DNA from: an uncultured delta proteobacterium
GTDB taxonomy: Bacteria; Desulfobacterota; Binatia; UBA9968
DNA: 39,782 bases
Direction of reading: 5' to 3'
Assembly (NCBI GenBank): GCA_963727625.1
Contig: CAVSHR010000010.1
Coordinates: forward strand, 1-39,782
The notes under the pieces were generated by a model. It saw nothing but the letters and a program-made list of their open reading frames with translations, was not told the DNA's origin and ran no database searches. This document shows positions 10,004 to 20,060 of the stretch, one piece after another (position 1 is the stretch's first letter; every line of letters starts with the position of its first letter). The translations under genes were made by a program, and so were the position numbers.

Positions 10004-10526
10004 ATGGTACTTAGAGTCTGGCGCTTCATCACTCTCCTGCTCGCAGCACTCGCCCTGACCATGGAATCAGCTCATGTGCTGGAACTGCCGCAGAAAATGC
10101 AATACGACGCGCAGATGTACTCAGCGGTCAACACCACTTTGTACCGATACTTTGCCGTCGTCGGTGGCATGTACCAGGTGAGTTCCATCGTAGCAGCAGT
10201 CCTCCTAGTGTTTTTGGTCCACAAGCGCAAGCCGTCCTTCGGATGGACTCTGGCTGGCGCGCTCTGCCTCCTGCTGGCGTTTGGCATCTGGCTCGCGGTT
10301 GTCGCCCCCGTGAGCCGGGAGGTGACCGCAGCGTTTCCGCGCGGCACCGGCATCGGTGCCAGCGCTCTGGATGCGACTGCGCATCCGCTGGGAATACGGG
10401 CACGCTGTGGGCTTCATCGTGCAGTTCGCCGGACTCTGTGCACTTGTGCTCTCGGTGTTGGTAGAGACGCCGAAGGGACTTGCTGCGGGAGCCTGCAGCG
10501 TCAGGTCCCACAGGAACAGCGTTTAG
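10004..10526 (+). pseudogene. DUF1772-like multi-pass membrane protein, frameshifted at ~10335
   Basis: N-terminal AHVLELPQKM plus TM helices. After GCG-TTTC-CGC the +1 frame continues RAAPASVPALWMRLRIRWEYGHAVGFIVQFAGLCALVLSVL, a typical RWEYxH C-terminal helix, and ends at TAG 10524-10526. Confidence 0.75.
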
Positions 10527-10611
10527 CGGGTCGCGAAGGCTGCCTTTAACGGCGCTACAATCAACGCCACTCACAGGAAAAATCCTGCTTGATTTGCTAT
10601 ACTAAATTCAC

Positions 10612-10758
10612 ATGGCAGGCATACGCGGGAAATCCGGCCCACCCGGCAACCAAAACGCTTTCAGACATGGTTTGGCGGATGTCCGGAATCGTCGACCCAA
10701 CGGCCTCCTAACTCCGCACGAACCGACCATCCCGGATGGATATCCCGGTCGGGTTTAA
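10612..10758 (+). CDS. 48-aa ORF with GPPGNQNAFRHG motif (resembles the N-terminal motif of phage terminase-small-subunit-like proteins), probably truncated
   Basis: ATG 10612 to TAA 10758: MAGIRGKSGPPGNQNAFRHGLADVRNRR... An extended -10-like TGCTATACT lies just upstream. The ORF is too short for the supplied track. Confidence 0.45.
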   Translation: MAGIRGKSGPPGNQNAFRHGLADVRNRRPNGLLTPHEPTIPDGYPGRV

Positions 10759-10860
10759 CGGCAACGTTTTGCAATCGAACTTAAAACAAAACCTAAACGT
10801 TTTTTTTGGGGCGGATAGGACGCAGATTGAAAATTCTTAGCGCCGTATAGGATTGAAATG

Positions 10861-10933
<73 letters not shown>

Positions 10934-10996
10934 ATATGAGGGAAATGAGTAGAATCTGGAATATTGCGTAAAAGCGCGGGGGAGTCAAGTTTCCGG

Positions 10997-11965
10997 CTAG
11001 TTTCGCGCCAGAGATTCTACGCGCCGCTCGACGAATTCGACCACGCGGCTTTCCAAGCGAACACCGTTCAGAGCGTTGACTTCTTGAATTCCCGTCGGGC
11101 TGGTGACGTTCACTTCCGTGAGATAATTGCCGATCACGTCGAGACCGACAAAATATAACCCGTCCGCTCTAAGCGCAGGCGCCAGCGCGGCGCAAATCTC
11201 GCGGTCGCGCGGTGTCACCTCGGTCTTCACGCATTGGCCGCCGACGTGAATATTGCCGCGCGTCTCCGATTCCAGCGGCACGCGCAACACCGCTCCCAGC
11301 GGCTCGCCGTCGAGGACGATGATGCGCTTGTCACCCTGGCGGATCTCCGGCAAATAACGCTGCGCCATCACCAAGCGCCGGCCGTTGTCGGTGGCCGCTT
11401 CCAAAATGGAATTGGTGTTGCGGTCCTGAGTGCTTAGGTAAAAGACGCCGCTGCCACCGCAGCCGTCGAGCGGCTTGATGATCATTTCGCCACCCAGCTC
11501 GGCCATGAATGCTTTCACGCGCTCCATATCGCTGGCAACCAAGGTCTGAGGAACTTGCTCGGGAAAGCGCAGCGCATAGAGCTTTTCATTGGCCTCGCGC
11601 AGCCCGCGGGGATTGTTCAACAGAAAACACTTGCTCTCATCGATTAAGCTGAGCAGATGAGTCGCGAAGAAAAATTTCATATCGAAGGGCGGATCTTTGC
11701 GCATCCACACGCTGTCGAATTCATCCAGCGCGGTGGTTTTGGAATCGCTTAATCGATAGTGCGGATGGGCGCGCGCCAACTCCACCCGCCGGCAATGGCC
11801 GTGCGGAGTGCCGCCGCGCAGGAACAGATCATCCAGCTCCATGAAATAGACTTCATGGCCGCGTTGCTGCGCTTCCAAGATCAGGACAAAGGTCGTGTCT
11901 TTGTCGATATTGATCCGCTCGACGGGATCCATGACGACGCCGATTTTTAATTTTTCCATGATCAT
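10997..11965 (-). CDS. gshB: Glutathione synthetase (ATP-grasp)
   Basis: MDP..I...KDTTF, MRKDPPFD, NEKL, KPLDGCGG, GDKRI, RGNIHVGG, EVNVTSPTG. Confidence 0.96.
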   Translation of the reverse strand: MIMEKLKIGVVMDPVERINIDKDTTFVLILEAQQRGHEVYFMELDDLFLRGGTPHGHCRRVELARAHPHYRLSDSKTTALDEFDSVWMRKDPPFDMKFFFATHLLSLIDESKCFLLNNPRGLREANEKLYALRFPEQVPQTLVASDMERVKAFMAELGGEMIIKPLDGCGGSGVFYLSTQDRNTNSILEAATDNGRRLVMAQRYLPEIRQGDKRIIVLDGEPLGAVLRVPLESETRGNIHVGGQCVKTEVTPRDREICAALAPALRADGLYFVGLDVIGNYLTEVNVTSPTGIQEVNALNGVRLESRVVEFVERRVESLARN

Positions 11966-11980
11966 TTTAGTCCCTGGACT

Positions 11981-12673
11981 TCACTCCTCCCGAACCACCC
12001 AAGTGCGCGCTAGAAAATCATGCCAACCGCGTTTTTCTCGCTGCCATAAAATCCACAAAAACGCCAAGCCAAAGGACGCCATGCCCAAGCCCACGGTGCC
12101 GACCCAACGCAGCAACGCCCGTCGATAGCCTATCGGTTGTCGCTCGGCGCCGACCACGCGCAAACCGAGCATCGACTTGCCGATCGTCTTTCCATCCATG
12201 CCGTGAAACACGACGAAGTAAGCCGTCGTTAAGCCTATCCAAGCAAGCGTCAAAAACGATAAAAGCGGTCCCGCATTATGCCACCCAAGCAAACGGTGGT
12301 GGGCCGACAAGCCGACTTTGTAGCCGATATAGGCCATCACTCCCATCACCGCGCAAAGCAAAAAAACCATGAAGATGTCGATGAAACAAGCGAACAGACG
12401 GCGGAAAAAACCGCCCCAGCGCAGCTCCGTCACAACTTCCTTGGGTTTTGATTCCGCTGTCGCGCTGACTACGAATTCACTATGCGGCGGAAATTCCCAA
12501 TCGTCGGACTCAATGGGTTCCTCGATTTCGACCCGCGGCTCCTCGGCAGTCAAAATGAATTCTTCGACCTTAGGAGCTCCGAGAACGACCCTCTGGTGCA
12601 GCAGTTTCGCGCCGCATTTTCCGCAGCGTTCATCGGCCGTCAGCACCGGTGCATCGCAGTTTTGACAGTTCAT
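11981..12673 (-). CDS. RDD family membrane protein with N-terminal zinc ribbon
   Basis: CQNC...CGKCG, GFFRRLFACFID, GKTIGK.MLGLRVV, KRGWHDFLARTWVV. Confidence 0.9.
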   Translation of the reverse strand: MNCQNCDAPVLTADERCGKCGAKLLHQRVVLGAPKVEEFILTAEEPRVEIEEPIESDDWEFPPHSEFVVSATAESKPKEVVTELRWGGFFRRLFACFIDIFMVFLLCAVMGVMAYIGYKVGLSAHHRLLGWHNAGPLLSFLTLAWIGLTTAYFVVFHGMDGKTIGKSMLGLRVVGAERQPIGYRRALLRWVGTVGLGMASFGLAFLWILWQREKRGWHDFLARTWVVREE

Positions 12674-12737
12674 CAGGTCGCCGGTAAATCTAAGTTAGAT
12701 CATGCTAAAGAAAGCTCGTTATCGATTCAAGATTAGA

Positions 12738-13478
12738 TTATTTGAGATCGCCCCAGAGAAACTGCACCAAGCCGAGCGCGGTGACCGCCGCAGTCTCCGC
12801 GCGCAGAATACGCCGGCCCAGCCCGATCGGCTCAAACCCGTGCGTTTGGGCCGCCGCTACTTCTTGAGCGGCAAATCCGCCTTCCGGGCCGACGGCGAGC
12901 AGCAGCGACTTGGCTTCGGCGTGTTCGGCGTGGGCATCATAGAGCGATTGCTGCTGTTCTTTCTCCCAAAAAATCAGCTTCACCGCCTCCGGCCACGCGC
13001 CGCCCACCAGCGCGTCGAATGCGTACAGCGGCAAAATTTCCGGCAATCGGGTCCGGCCGCACTGTTTGACCGCGCTCAGGGCTATTTTCTCCCAGCGGGC
13101 GGTGCGCGCGGCGACTTTTTTTTCGTCCAATCGCGGCACCGCAAATTTTGATGTGAACGGTACGATCTTATGCACTCCGAGCTCGGTCGCTTTTTCGACG
13201 ATCCAGTCGATCTTTTCGCCTTTGGTCAACCCCACGGCGAGAGTGACCTGCAGCGGCGACTCCCGGCCGGCTTCGTAGGACCGCAGGATTTCGACTTCGC
13301 CCTGCTCCGCCGATAACTGACGAACCACCGCTTCATGCTCCCATCCGGCATCGTCGAATACCGTGATGCGGTCGCCGGGACCCAGCCGCAGCACTTTTTT
13401 TAGATGGGCCAATTCCTGACCTTGCACCCGGCCGCGATTTTCGTGGAGATTTTTTCTCGGCAAGAAGAAACGAGCCAT
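12738..13478 (-). CDS. rsmE: 16S rRNA m3U1498 methyltransferase
   Basis: HLKKVLRL, KATELGV, QCGR, VGPEGGF, LGRRILRAETA. Confidence 0.96.
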   Translation of the reverse strand: MARFFLPRKNLHENRGRVQGQELAHLKKVLRLGPGDRITVFDDAGWEHEAVVRQLSAEQGEVEILRSYEAGRESPLQVTLAVGLTKGEKIDWIVEKATELGVHKIVPFTSKFAVPRLDEKKVAARTARWEKIALSAVKQCGRTRLPEILPLYAFDALVGGAWPEAVKLIFWEKEQQQSLYDAHAEHAEAKSLLLAVGPEGGFAAQEVAAAQTHGFEPIGLGRRILRAETAAVTALGLVQFLWGDLK

Positions 13479-13484
13479 GGCAGG

Positions 13485-14351
13485 TTATTTTCGTTGCAGC
13501 AGCAGCGTCACCCATTCCCGCGAGCGCTTGCGTTGGAGCACCCGAAAGCGCCCGGCGAATCGAGTCGTAACGGCGCCGGCTTTTTGATGCAAGATTCCCG
13601 ACAGGATGAGAAAACCGTTCTTGGCAACTTTCTTTTCCAATGCGCCGGCCAGCTCTAAAATGGTCTCGGCCGTCAAATTGGCCACTACCACCTCAAAACG
13701 GCGCCGGAGCTCGCGCAGCGCCGCGCCGCTCAAATGGACTTTTCCTCCAACTCCATTGGCGCGCAAATTTTCCCGCGCCACTTGCAGCGCCACCGGATCG
13801 CTGTCGATGGCGTGAATAGGCTCTGCGCCCAGCAGCGCCAGGGCGATCGCGAGAATGCCGGAGCCCGTGCCGACATCGAGCGCGCTAAATTTCCCGCTGC
13901 CCAGCCGGTCGCGGGCCGCTTCGAGGTATTCCATACAACCGCGCGTCGTGGCATGGGTGCCGGTGCCAAAAGCCATGCCCGGTTCTATGGTGATGACTTT
14001 TCGCCGGCGAAACTTCGGCGGCTCGAGCCAAGGCGGGGTGATCCAGAAACTCCTGCCGACCCGCCGGGGTTTGATGAACCGCTTCCAGGAATTTTGCCAA
14101 TCCTCCGGCTTGATGACTTTCCAGACGAGCTTCCCTCGACGGCCGCGGGGCGAAAGCCGCGCCAACGCGTCGATATAGCGGTCGACCTCGCGCCGCAATG
14201 ACGGCTTCGCGGCCGACTTGAGAAAGAATGCCTCCACGCCGCGCTTTTTGAGAACAACCCCCGGCGAGCCCCTTTCGACGAGAAAATTCGCAAGCGCGTC
14301 GAGATTTGCCGCGCCGGCACGAATCGACAATTGCAACCAAGATTCCGCCAC
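13485..14351 (-). CDS. prmA: 50S ribosomal protein L11 methyltransferase
   Basis: EDW..SWK, IEPGMAFGTGTHATT, LDVGTGSGILAI, VVANL, LILSGIL. Lies directly upstream of rsmE. Confidence 0.95.
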   Translation of the reverse strand: MAESWLQLSIRAGAANLDALANFLVERGSPGVVLKKRGVEAFFLKSAAKPSLRREVDRYIDALARLSPRGRRGKLVWKVIKPEDWQNSWKRFIKPRRVGRSFWITPPWLEPPKFRRRKVITIEPGMAFGTGTHATTRGCMEYLEAARDRLGSGKFSALDVGTGSGILAIALALLGAEPIHAIDSDPVALQVARENLRANGVGGKVHLSGAALRELRRRFEVVVANLTAETILELAGALEKKVAKNGFLILSGILHQKAGAVTTRFAGRFRVLQRKRSREWVTLLLQRK

Positions 14352-14479
14352 AGTTTTTTATGCCATAGGGTCGACAAGCGATCAATTGACGATCCTTTCA
14401 TCGCGAATTCACGCTCGCCATCTTGTGAAAATTGCCGCTTCCAGATATTGAAAATGATTGGATCGAAAAGGAGTAAAGG

Positions 14480-15352
14480 ATGAAGTTAGCAACTATCAAA
14501 CCGAACCAATTGGCGATCGTAAAGAACGAGAAACTCATATCGATCGGCGACTTGTTACCGAAAGGCTCGACGATGATCGATTTGATTGCTGCCTACGACG
14601 GCATCAAAGCCCAGCTGGAAGCGCTCGCCGCCGCTGACAGCGGTGTGAGCCTCGATCCCAAGCAGCTCAAACCGCCGGTGGAAAAGCCGACGAAGATCTG
14701 GGCCGCGGCCGGCAATTATAAACGAGGAACCGGTGGCCTAGATGATGCCCGCGGCCGCGGCAACGCTTCCAAAGCTTCGCCGGAAGAGCTTCTGGAGAAC
14801 ATTTTTTTAAAGCCGCCGTCAGCGATTGCCGGCCCTGAAGACAATATTTTGATTCCGAAAAACGCCGACTCGATTTTTCCGGAGCTGGAGCTCTGCGTGG
14901 TCATCGGCAAACCGGCGCGCAACATCGGCAAAGAGCAGGTTGCCGACGTCATTTTCGGTTACACGATCATGCTCGACGTTACCGCCCGCGGCTACGGCTT
15001 GAGTAAAAACATGGCCGGAACCCGCAGCGTGCGCAAAGGCTTCGAAACCTTCGCCCCGATCGGCCCATGGATCACGACGAAAGACGAAATCGCCGATCCG
15101 CACAACCTTTGGATGAAACTTTGGATCAACGGCGAGCTCAAACAATCGGCCAAGACCGATGCCATGATCAACGACATCGCCACGCAGATAAGCTTTCTGT
15201 CGCAAGTGACGACGTTGTATCCCGGCGATCTGTTGACCACCGGCAATCCCGATTCGCCGGAATTTCAAGAGAAGCTGAAACCCGGCGATATTTTAAAGTC
15301 GGAGATCGAGGGCATCGGCGCCATGACTCTCGGCGTCGCTAAAGAATCGTAA
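14480..15352 (+). CDS. Fumarylacetoacetate hydrolase family protein
   Basis: FLKPPSA, PELELCVVIGK, GYTIMLDVTAR, KGFETFAPIGPWI, PGDLLTTG. RBS AAGGAG. Confidence 0.92.
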   Translation: MKLATIKPNQLAIVKNEKLISIGDLLPKGSTMIDLIAAYDGIKAQLEALAAADSGVSLDPKQLKPPVEKPTKIWAAAGNYKRGTGGLDDARGRGNASKASPEELLENIFLKPPSAIAGPEDNILIPKNADSIFPELELCVVIGKPARNIGKEQVADVIFGYTIMLDVTARGYGLSKNMAGTRSVRKGFETFAPIGPWITTKDEIADPHNLWMKLWINGELKQSAKTDAMINDIATQISFLSQVTTLYPGDLLTTGNPDSPEFQEKLKPGDILKSEIEGIGAMTLGVAKES

Positions 15353-15419
15353 TACAACTTGAGAAGCCCGCAGATTGCCGACGACGCGGCCTCCGGGCGA
15401 TAAATCGGAAGTAGAGAAT

Positions 15420-16748
15420 ATGGTACGCATCGCTCCATTTCGTGGAGTTTTTTATAATCCGAAGAAAATTCGCGACCTGGCGAAAGTGATCGCCCCGCCC
15501 TATGACGTGATTTCACAGGCGGAACAGGAACGGCTCTACAAAAAGTCGCCGTATAATTTCGTGCGCCTCGACTTGAGCCAGGAGGCCGAGCCTTACCAGG
15601 CAGTGGCGCAAATGTTGGCGGACTGGCAAGCCCAAGGTATCTTCGAGCGCGACGAGCAGCCGGCGATCTATTTTTTAACCCAGCGTTTCAAACTCAAGGA
15701 CGGCGAGGAAAAAATCCGCCGTGGGTTCGTTGCCCTCACCGAGCTGCAAGACTTCGGCGGCGATATTCGGCCGCACGAGAGGACCCACGACGCGCCTAAG
15801 TCAGACCGCTTGAAACTCATGCTCGCCTGCCACGCCCAGCTGAGCCCGATTTTTACTCTCTACGCGGAGCCGAAGCAGACCATCGACCGAATTCTCGCCG
15901 TTGCGGTCGAAGGCGTCGCGCCGATGCTCCAAGTCGAACAAGACAACGGCGATAAATGCCGGCTCTGGCGGATCACCGACCTGGCCGTGATCGAAAAAAT
16001 TCAAGGCGAGATGGCGGCGCAACAGCTGCTCATCGCCGATGGCCATCACCGCTACGAAGCGACGCTTAAATACCGCGAGCAGATGCGCCTGGAGCGAGGC
16101 CAGTGGACCGGCCGGGAAGCTTTCAATTACATCATGACCTACTGCGCCAACATGTGCGACGAAAACGTCGTCATCCTGCCGACCCACCGCCTGGTGCGGG
16201 GCTACGAGCATAAACCGTTTTTACAGCTCGAAGAGGCGCTGCAGACTTATTTTTACGTCGAACAGCATCCCAAGACGCCGGAGGGCAAAGTCTCTTTCCT
16301 CAAGGCGCTCAAGACCGCGGCGAAAAAACATCGCGTCATCGGCGCCAGCTTCAAACGCGACCCGCGCTATTTGATCTTGCGCCTGAAGAATAAGCGGATC
16401 ATGCAGCGTCTAGCCAAAGACTTGAGCGCGCCGCTGCGCGAGATCGACGTCACCACCCTGCACTTACTGGTCCTCGATCATATATTCGGCATGCCGCCCG
16501 AGCTCCAGGAACGCGGCGACACGATCCGCTACTCGCAAGATGAAGAGCTGGTGCTCCAGTCTTTAGAGAAAGAGGATTATCAAGCGGCGTTCTTATTGAA
16601 CCCGCCGAAAGCCGATGAGATCTTAGCCATCGCCAGCGGCGGCGAAAAGATGCCGCAGAAGTCCACCTACTTTTATCCCAAGCTGAGCTCCGGTTTAGTC
16701 ATCAACAAGATCGATCCTGAGGAGCAGATTGAAAGCTTGGCCAATTGA
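15420..16748 (+). CDS. DUF1015 family protein
   Basis: I.PFRG, APPYDVIS, PHERT, IADGHHRYE, MPQKSTYFYPK. ATG at 15420 preferred over the upstream TTG. Confidence 0.92.
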   Translation: MVRIAPFRGVFYNPKKIRDLAKVIAPPYDVISQAEQERLYKKSPYNFVRLDLSQEAEPYQAVAQMLADWQAQGIFERDEQPAIYFLTQRFKLKDGEEKIRRGFVALTELQDFGGDIRPHERTHDAPKSDRLKLMLACHAQLSPIFTLYAEPKQTIDRILAVAVEGVAPMLQVEQDNGDKCRLWRITDLAVIEKIQGEMAAQQLLIADGHHRYEATLKYREQMRLERGQWTGREAFNYIMTYCANMCDENVVILPTHRLVRGYEHKPFLQLEEALQTYFYVEQHPKTPEGKVSFLKALKTAAKKHRVIGASFKRDPRYLILRLKNKRIMQRLAKDLSAPLREIDVTTLHLLVLDHIFGMPPELQERGDTIRYSQDEELVLQSLEKEDYQAAFLLNPPKADEILAIASGGEKMPQKSTYFYPKLSSGLVINKIDPEEQIESLAN

Positions 16749-16806
16749 CGACTTAAGAAGGCCCCGCCAGGACCCGCGGTGCGACAAACTCTCTCGCAAA
16801 CGCGAT

Positions 16807-18273
16807 TCACGGTTTTTTTGAGCTTACTGGTTTGCTCATATCGATCTCCACAACCACAAACGACGTGGCGAAGATCAACCGTTCGACCGGAAGGACTTTT
16901 GCAATCCGACGATAGTCGATGGTTCGTATCAGCAGAGTCAGGCGTCCGAGAGCGGCTTCTTCTCTGGCCTTGTCCACCGTTATGAGGCGGATGGTGCGGC
17001 CGAAAAAGAAAAGCGACCGTGCCTTGTCAGCCGTGTAGCGCTGCGGGTTGTTGCCATCTCGAGTCTTCGAGGCAAGCAACGGGACGGGAGTTTTGGGCGG
17101 ATAACGATGGTCCAAGATCTGCGCGATTGCCGAATATTGTTCCTCTTCCCATTCGCGGGCGCCAATCGGATAGCTGATGAGCACCAGGGAACCAATCAAC
17201 GCGAGGATACCGGTGGCCCGCGGCAGCCAATCGAAGTATCGGTCGCCGACGAATCGAACTAATGCTACTGCGGCGACGATAGAGATGGCCGGAATGGCCA
17301 TTAGAACGTAGCGGATATACTGAACGTTTTTTAACGCACAGCTCGCGATCGTTATGCCGACCCAACCCAGCAATAAGCCCGCCGTGGCCCGCTCCGATCT
17401 TTGTTGTTCTGGGTCGAGGGCGACTCGAAAAGTGGACCACGTTCCGGCCACCGCAAATGGCAACCAGGGCCAATAGGTCCCGGTCAGTTGGACCACGTAG
17501 GCGCGCCAGAATTCCCTGATCCTGCTGCTGTCTACTTTGGTCCGCACCAGATCGTTGAACATAATGGTTAACGGCCGGTAACCGTCTGCCAGCAAGAGAT
17601 AGCCCCACCAGGCAAGCGGCACGAGCAGCAAAGGCGACCAAAGAAGCCAACGCACCAGTCTCTTCGTCAATGGAACCGGCGAGCCGCTCAATAGAGCGTG
17701 CAATGGCGCAAGAAAAAGCGGCAACACGCCAGGTGGTCCTTTGGCCAACACACCGACCGCGATCCCGGCATAAAAAACCGGCGGTCCCCAGCGCCGCTCG
17801 CCATTCAGATAACCGGCGATAGAAAGTAAAATTCCGAAGGTAAGCGCGGAGTCCATGCGAAAGGTAATCGACGGACTGAGAAAAATAAAACTGGTCGTAA
17901 GGATGAACGCGGCCGCCCACCCGACTTTATCATCATACAGCCGCCGGCCGAGCCAACCGGTCAGTAACACCGCGGCGAGTCCGAACATGCGCGAGAACAA
18001 CGTAACCGCAAAAGGATTGGGACCGAAGGCGTTTATGGCGAGCGCCGAGAGCCAGAAAAGCAGCGGCGGTTTGCGATAATACGGCTCGTCATCGAGCTTT
18101 AGCGAGCCAAAATCACCCGAGTCCGCCATGGTGCGGGCGATGGCGGAATAAAGCACGGGATCGCTGCTCAGCCTGAGATCATTGGCATAGGCAAAAAAAA
18201 GCAAAAACGAAGACAGAGCGAGCACAATCCAGCGGTTCTTCGCATCGCTCAGCAGTTGCAGAAAGCCTTTCAT
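16807..18273 (-). CDS. ArnT/PMT-like (GT39/GT83) membrane glycosyltransferase
   Basis: D..Y..IARTM, KPPLLFWL, RMD, LAKGP, multiple TM helices. Confidence 0.88.
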   Translation of the reverse strand: MKGFLQLLSDAKNRWIVLALSSFLLFFAYANDLRLSSDPVLYSAIARTMADSGDFGSLKLDDEPYYRKPPLLFWLSALAINAFGPNPFAVTLFSRMFGLAAVLLTGWLGRRLYDDKVGWAAAFILTTSFIFLSPSITFRMDSALTFGILLSIAGYLNGERRWGPPVFYAGIAVGVLAKGPPGVLPLFLAPLHALLSGSPVPLTKRLVRWLLWSPLLLVPLAWWGYLLLADGYRPLTIMFNDLVRTKVDSSRIREFWRAYVVQLTGTYWPWLPFAVAGTWSTFRVALDPEQQRSERATAGLLLGWVGITIASCALKNVQYIRYVLMAIPAISIVAAVALVRFVGDRYFDWLPRATGILALIGSLVLISYPIGAREWEEEQYSAIAQILDHRYPPKTPVPLLASKTRDGNNPQRYTADKARSLFFFGRTIRLITVDKAREEAALGRLTLLIRTIDYRRIAKVLPVERLIFATSFVVVEIDMSKPVSSKKP

Positions 18274-18424
18274 TGATTTTCGATCAATGGAAAATTCTTA
18301 CTCGCGTTTGGCGCGTGAAAGGCTGCCGCACCGTGGCACATTACGGCAAGCTTTTGAGGATAAGGATTCAAAGCCGTCAACAGGCCGTCCGGTTGCTCGT
18401 TCATGGGTAAGTCTATCGAAGCGC

Positions 18425-19807
18425 TCAGCGCAGCGGCTTCACCAAGCGCCCATCACCGGGTTTGCCGACGATTTTGCCGTTCTCCATGACCGTCTTGCCG
18501 CGCAGGATCGTGCGGATCGGCACCCCTTTGACTTTTCTGCCGTCATAGGGCGTCCAGCCGACTTTGGTGTATGTCGTCGCGTTGGCGATCACCGCTTCCT
18601 TGTTCATGTCGACAATCACCATGTCGGCGTCCGAGCCGGGCTGAATCGCGCCCTTCTGCGGGTAAACGTTGAAAATCTTTGCGGCGTTATAGGAGGAAAT
18701 TCTAACCAAGGTGTCGAGCGACAATTTGCCGTCGTTGACCGCAGTCAGAAATAAACTTAGATAATCCTGAATCTGCGGCTCGCCGCCCGGACAGCTCCAC
18801 ATGTCGTGCCAACCTTTGTCTTTCTCGTCTTTGGTGTGCGGCGCGTGATCCGTGCCGATGATGTCGACGGTGCCGTCGTTGATCGCTTCCCAGAGCGCGT
18901 CCACATGCGCCGGCGGCACCCAAAATCCCAAACAATAAGGCCCCAACCTTTCGACGTTCTCCCAGGTGCCGAGAAACATCGCCCAGGGATTGACCTCGCA
19001 GCTGCACGGCCGGCCCTCTTCCTTGGCGCGGCGCAACATGGCCAGCCCTTCCGGCGTGCTCATGTGGAGAATATGCAGCCTGGCGCCGAGCGCCTTCTGC
19101 ATGCGGAATAACGTCGCCATCGCGGTATCCCAGATGATGCCATCGTAGTCCCGGTAGGCCTTGGCGTAGGCTTGCGGGCTGCGGTCCTCGCGCTTCCAGT
19201 AGCGCCCTTCGATCTCGTCCATCAAATCTTGATCATGGGGATGAACCATCAAGGGCAAGCCCGTCTGTCCGACGGTCTCGAAGCATTTGAACAGCTCGCC
19301 GTTGTTGTTGATGCCGATGCCGGGCATATGCGGATAGTCGCGGCCGGTATCTTTGACCATAAAAATTTTAAACGCGAGCGGGCCCTCTTTAGCGAGCCCG
19401 GGAATTTCCTCGGGCACCGTGCCTGACGGATTGTGGTTAAAGTCGACAATCGCGTTTTTGCTGTGGTGCTCCACCAGCGCGCGGTAGCGTTCCACCGTCG
19501 TGGTCGGCGGCCTGACGTTGGGCATGCCGATGGAAAGCGTCACCCCGCCAGCCGCCGCGGCCATGGTGGCGGTGGTGATATCCTCTTTGTGCGTGAATCC
19601 CGGGTCGCGATGGTGGGTATGGGTATCGATCAATCCGGGAATGATTTTCTTTCCCTTGGCGTCGATCTCGGTGTTCGCGGTTTGCGGCAAGACCGCCGGC
19701 TGGCCGAGGGCGATGACCTTTCCGCCGCTGACGGCAATATCGGCGTTGACAAACCCGCCCGGCGTCCAGACCTCGCCGTTTCGAACCAACAACTCGACTT
19801 TGTCCAT
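18425..19807 (-). CDS. Dihydroorotase/allantoinase-family cyclic amidohydrolase
   Basis: PGLIDTHTHHRDPG, AAAGGVT, MPN, FKIFM, GTDHAPH, GSDAD. ATG 19807 with RBS GAAGGGAG. Confidence 0.9.
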   Translation of the reverse strand: MDKVELLVRNGEVWTPGGFVNADIAVSGGKVIALGQPAVLPQTANTEIDAKGKKIIPGLIDTHTHHRDPGFTHKEDITTATMAAAAGGVTLSIGMPNVRPPTTTVERYRALVEHHSKNAIVDFNHNPSGTVPEEIPGLAKEGPLAFKIFMVKDTGRDYPHMPGIGINNNGELFKCFETVGQTGLPLMVHPHDQDLMDEIEGRYWKREDRSPQAYAKAYRDYDGIIWDTAMATLFRMQKALGARLHILHMSTPEGLAMLRRAKEEGRPCSCEVNPWAMFLGTWENVERLGPYCLGFWVPPAHVDALWEAINDGTVDIIGTDHAPHTKDEKDKGWHDMWSCPGGEPQIQDYLSLFLTAVNDGKLSLDTLVRISSYNAAKIFNVYPQKGAIQPGSDADMVIVDMNKEAVIANATTYTKVGWTPYDGRKVKGVPIRTILRGKTVMENGKIVGKPGDGRLVKPLR

Positions 19808-19844
19808 GAAACTAAAATCTCCCTTCACACTGATTCAAAAAGTT

Positions 19845-19873
19845 TTTATATGATCGGCGCCTAAGAGTGTCAA
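19845..19873 (-). promoter_or_regulatory. sigma70-type promoter for the amidohydrolase
   Basis: TTGACA-N17-TATAAA on the minus strand, ~40 nt upstream of the start codon. Confidence 0.7.
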
Positions 19874-20060
19874 CCGATCTGACTAATCGCGTCCCATGAG
19901 AGCCAAACGTAACTTGACTCGTTAGGGCAAATCTATAACTATTCCCGGCGCTAATGAAATTGCACATTGGCCAGCAACCTGAGGAGACTTAATGGCCATG
20001 CATACCCGAACGTCGCGGACGATCCTTTGCGTTCCGCCTGGCTTTGCGCGATAAGAAACC

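Noticed and set aside
18425-19807. Assigning the symbol pyrC or allB
   Set aside because: Family motifs are clear, but there is no pyr or allantoin gene context and the usual EVTPHHL reads EVNPWAM, so the substrate is uncertain.
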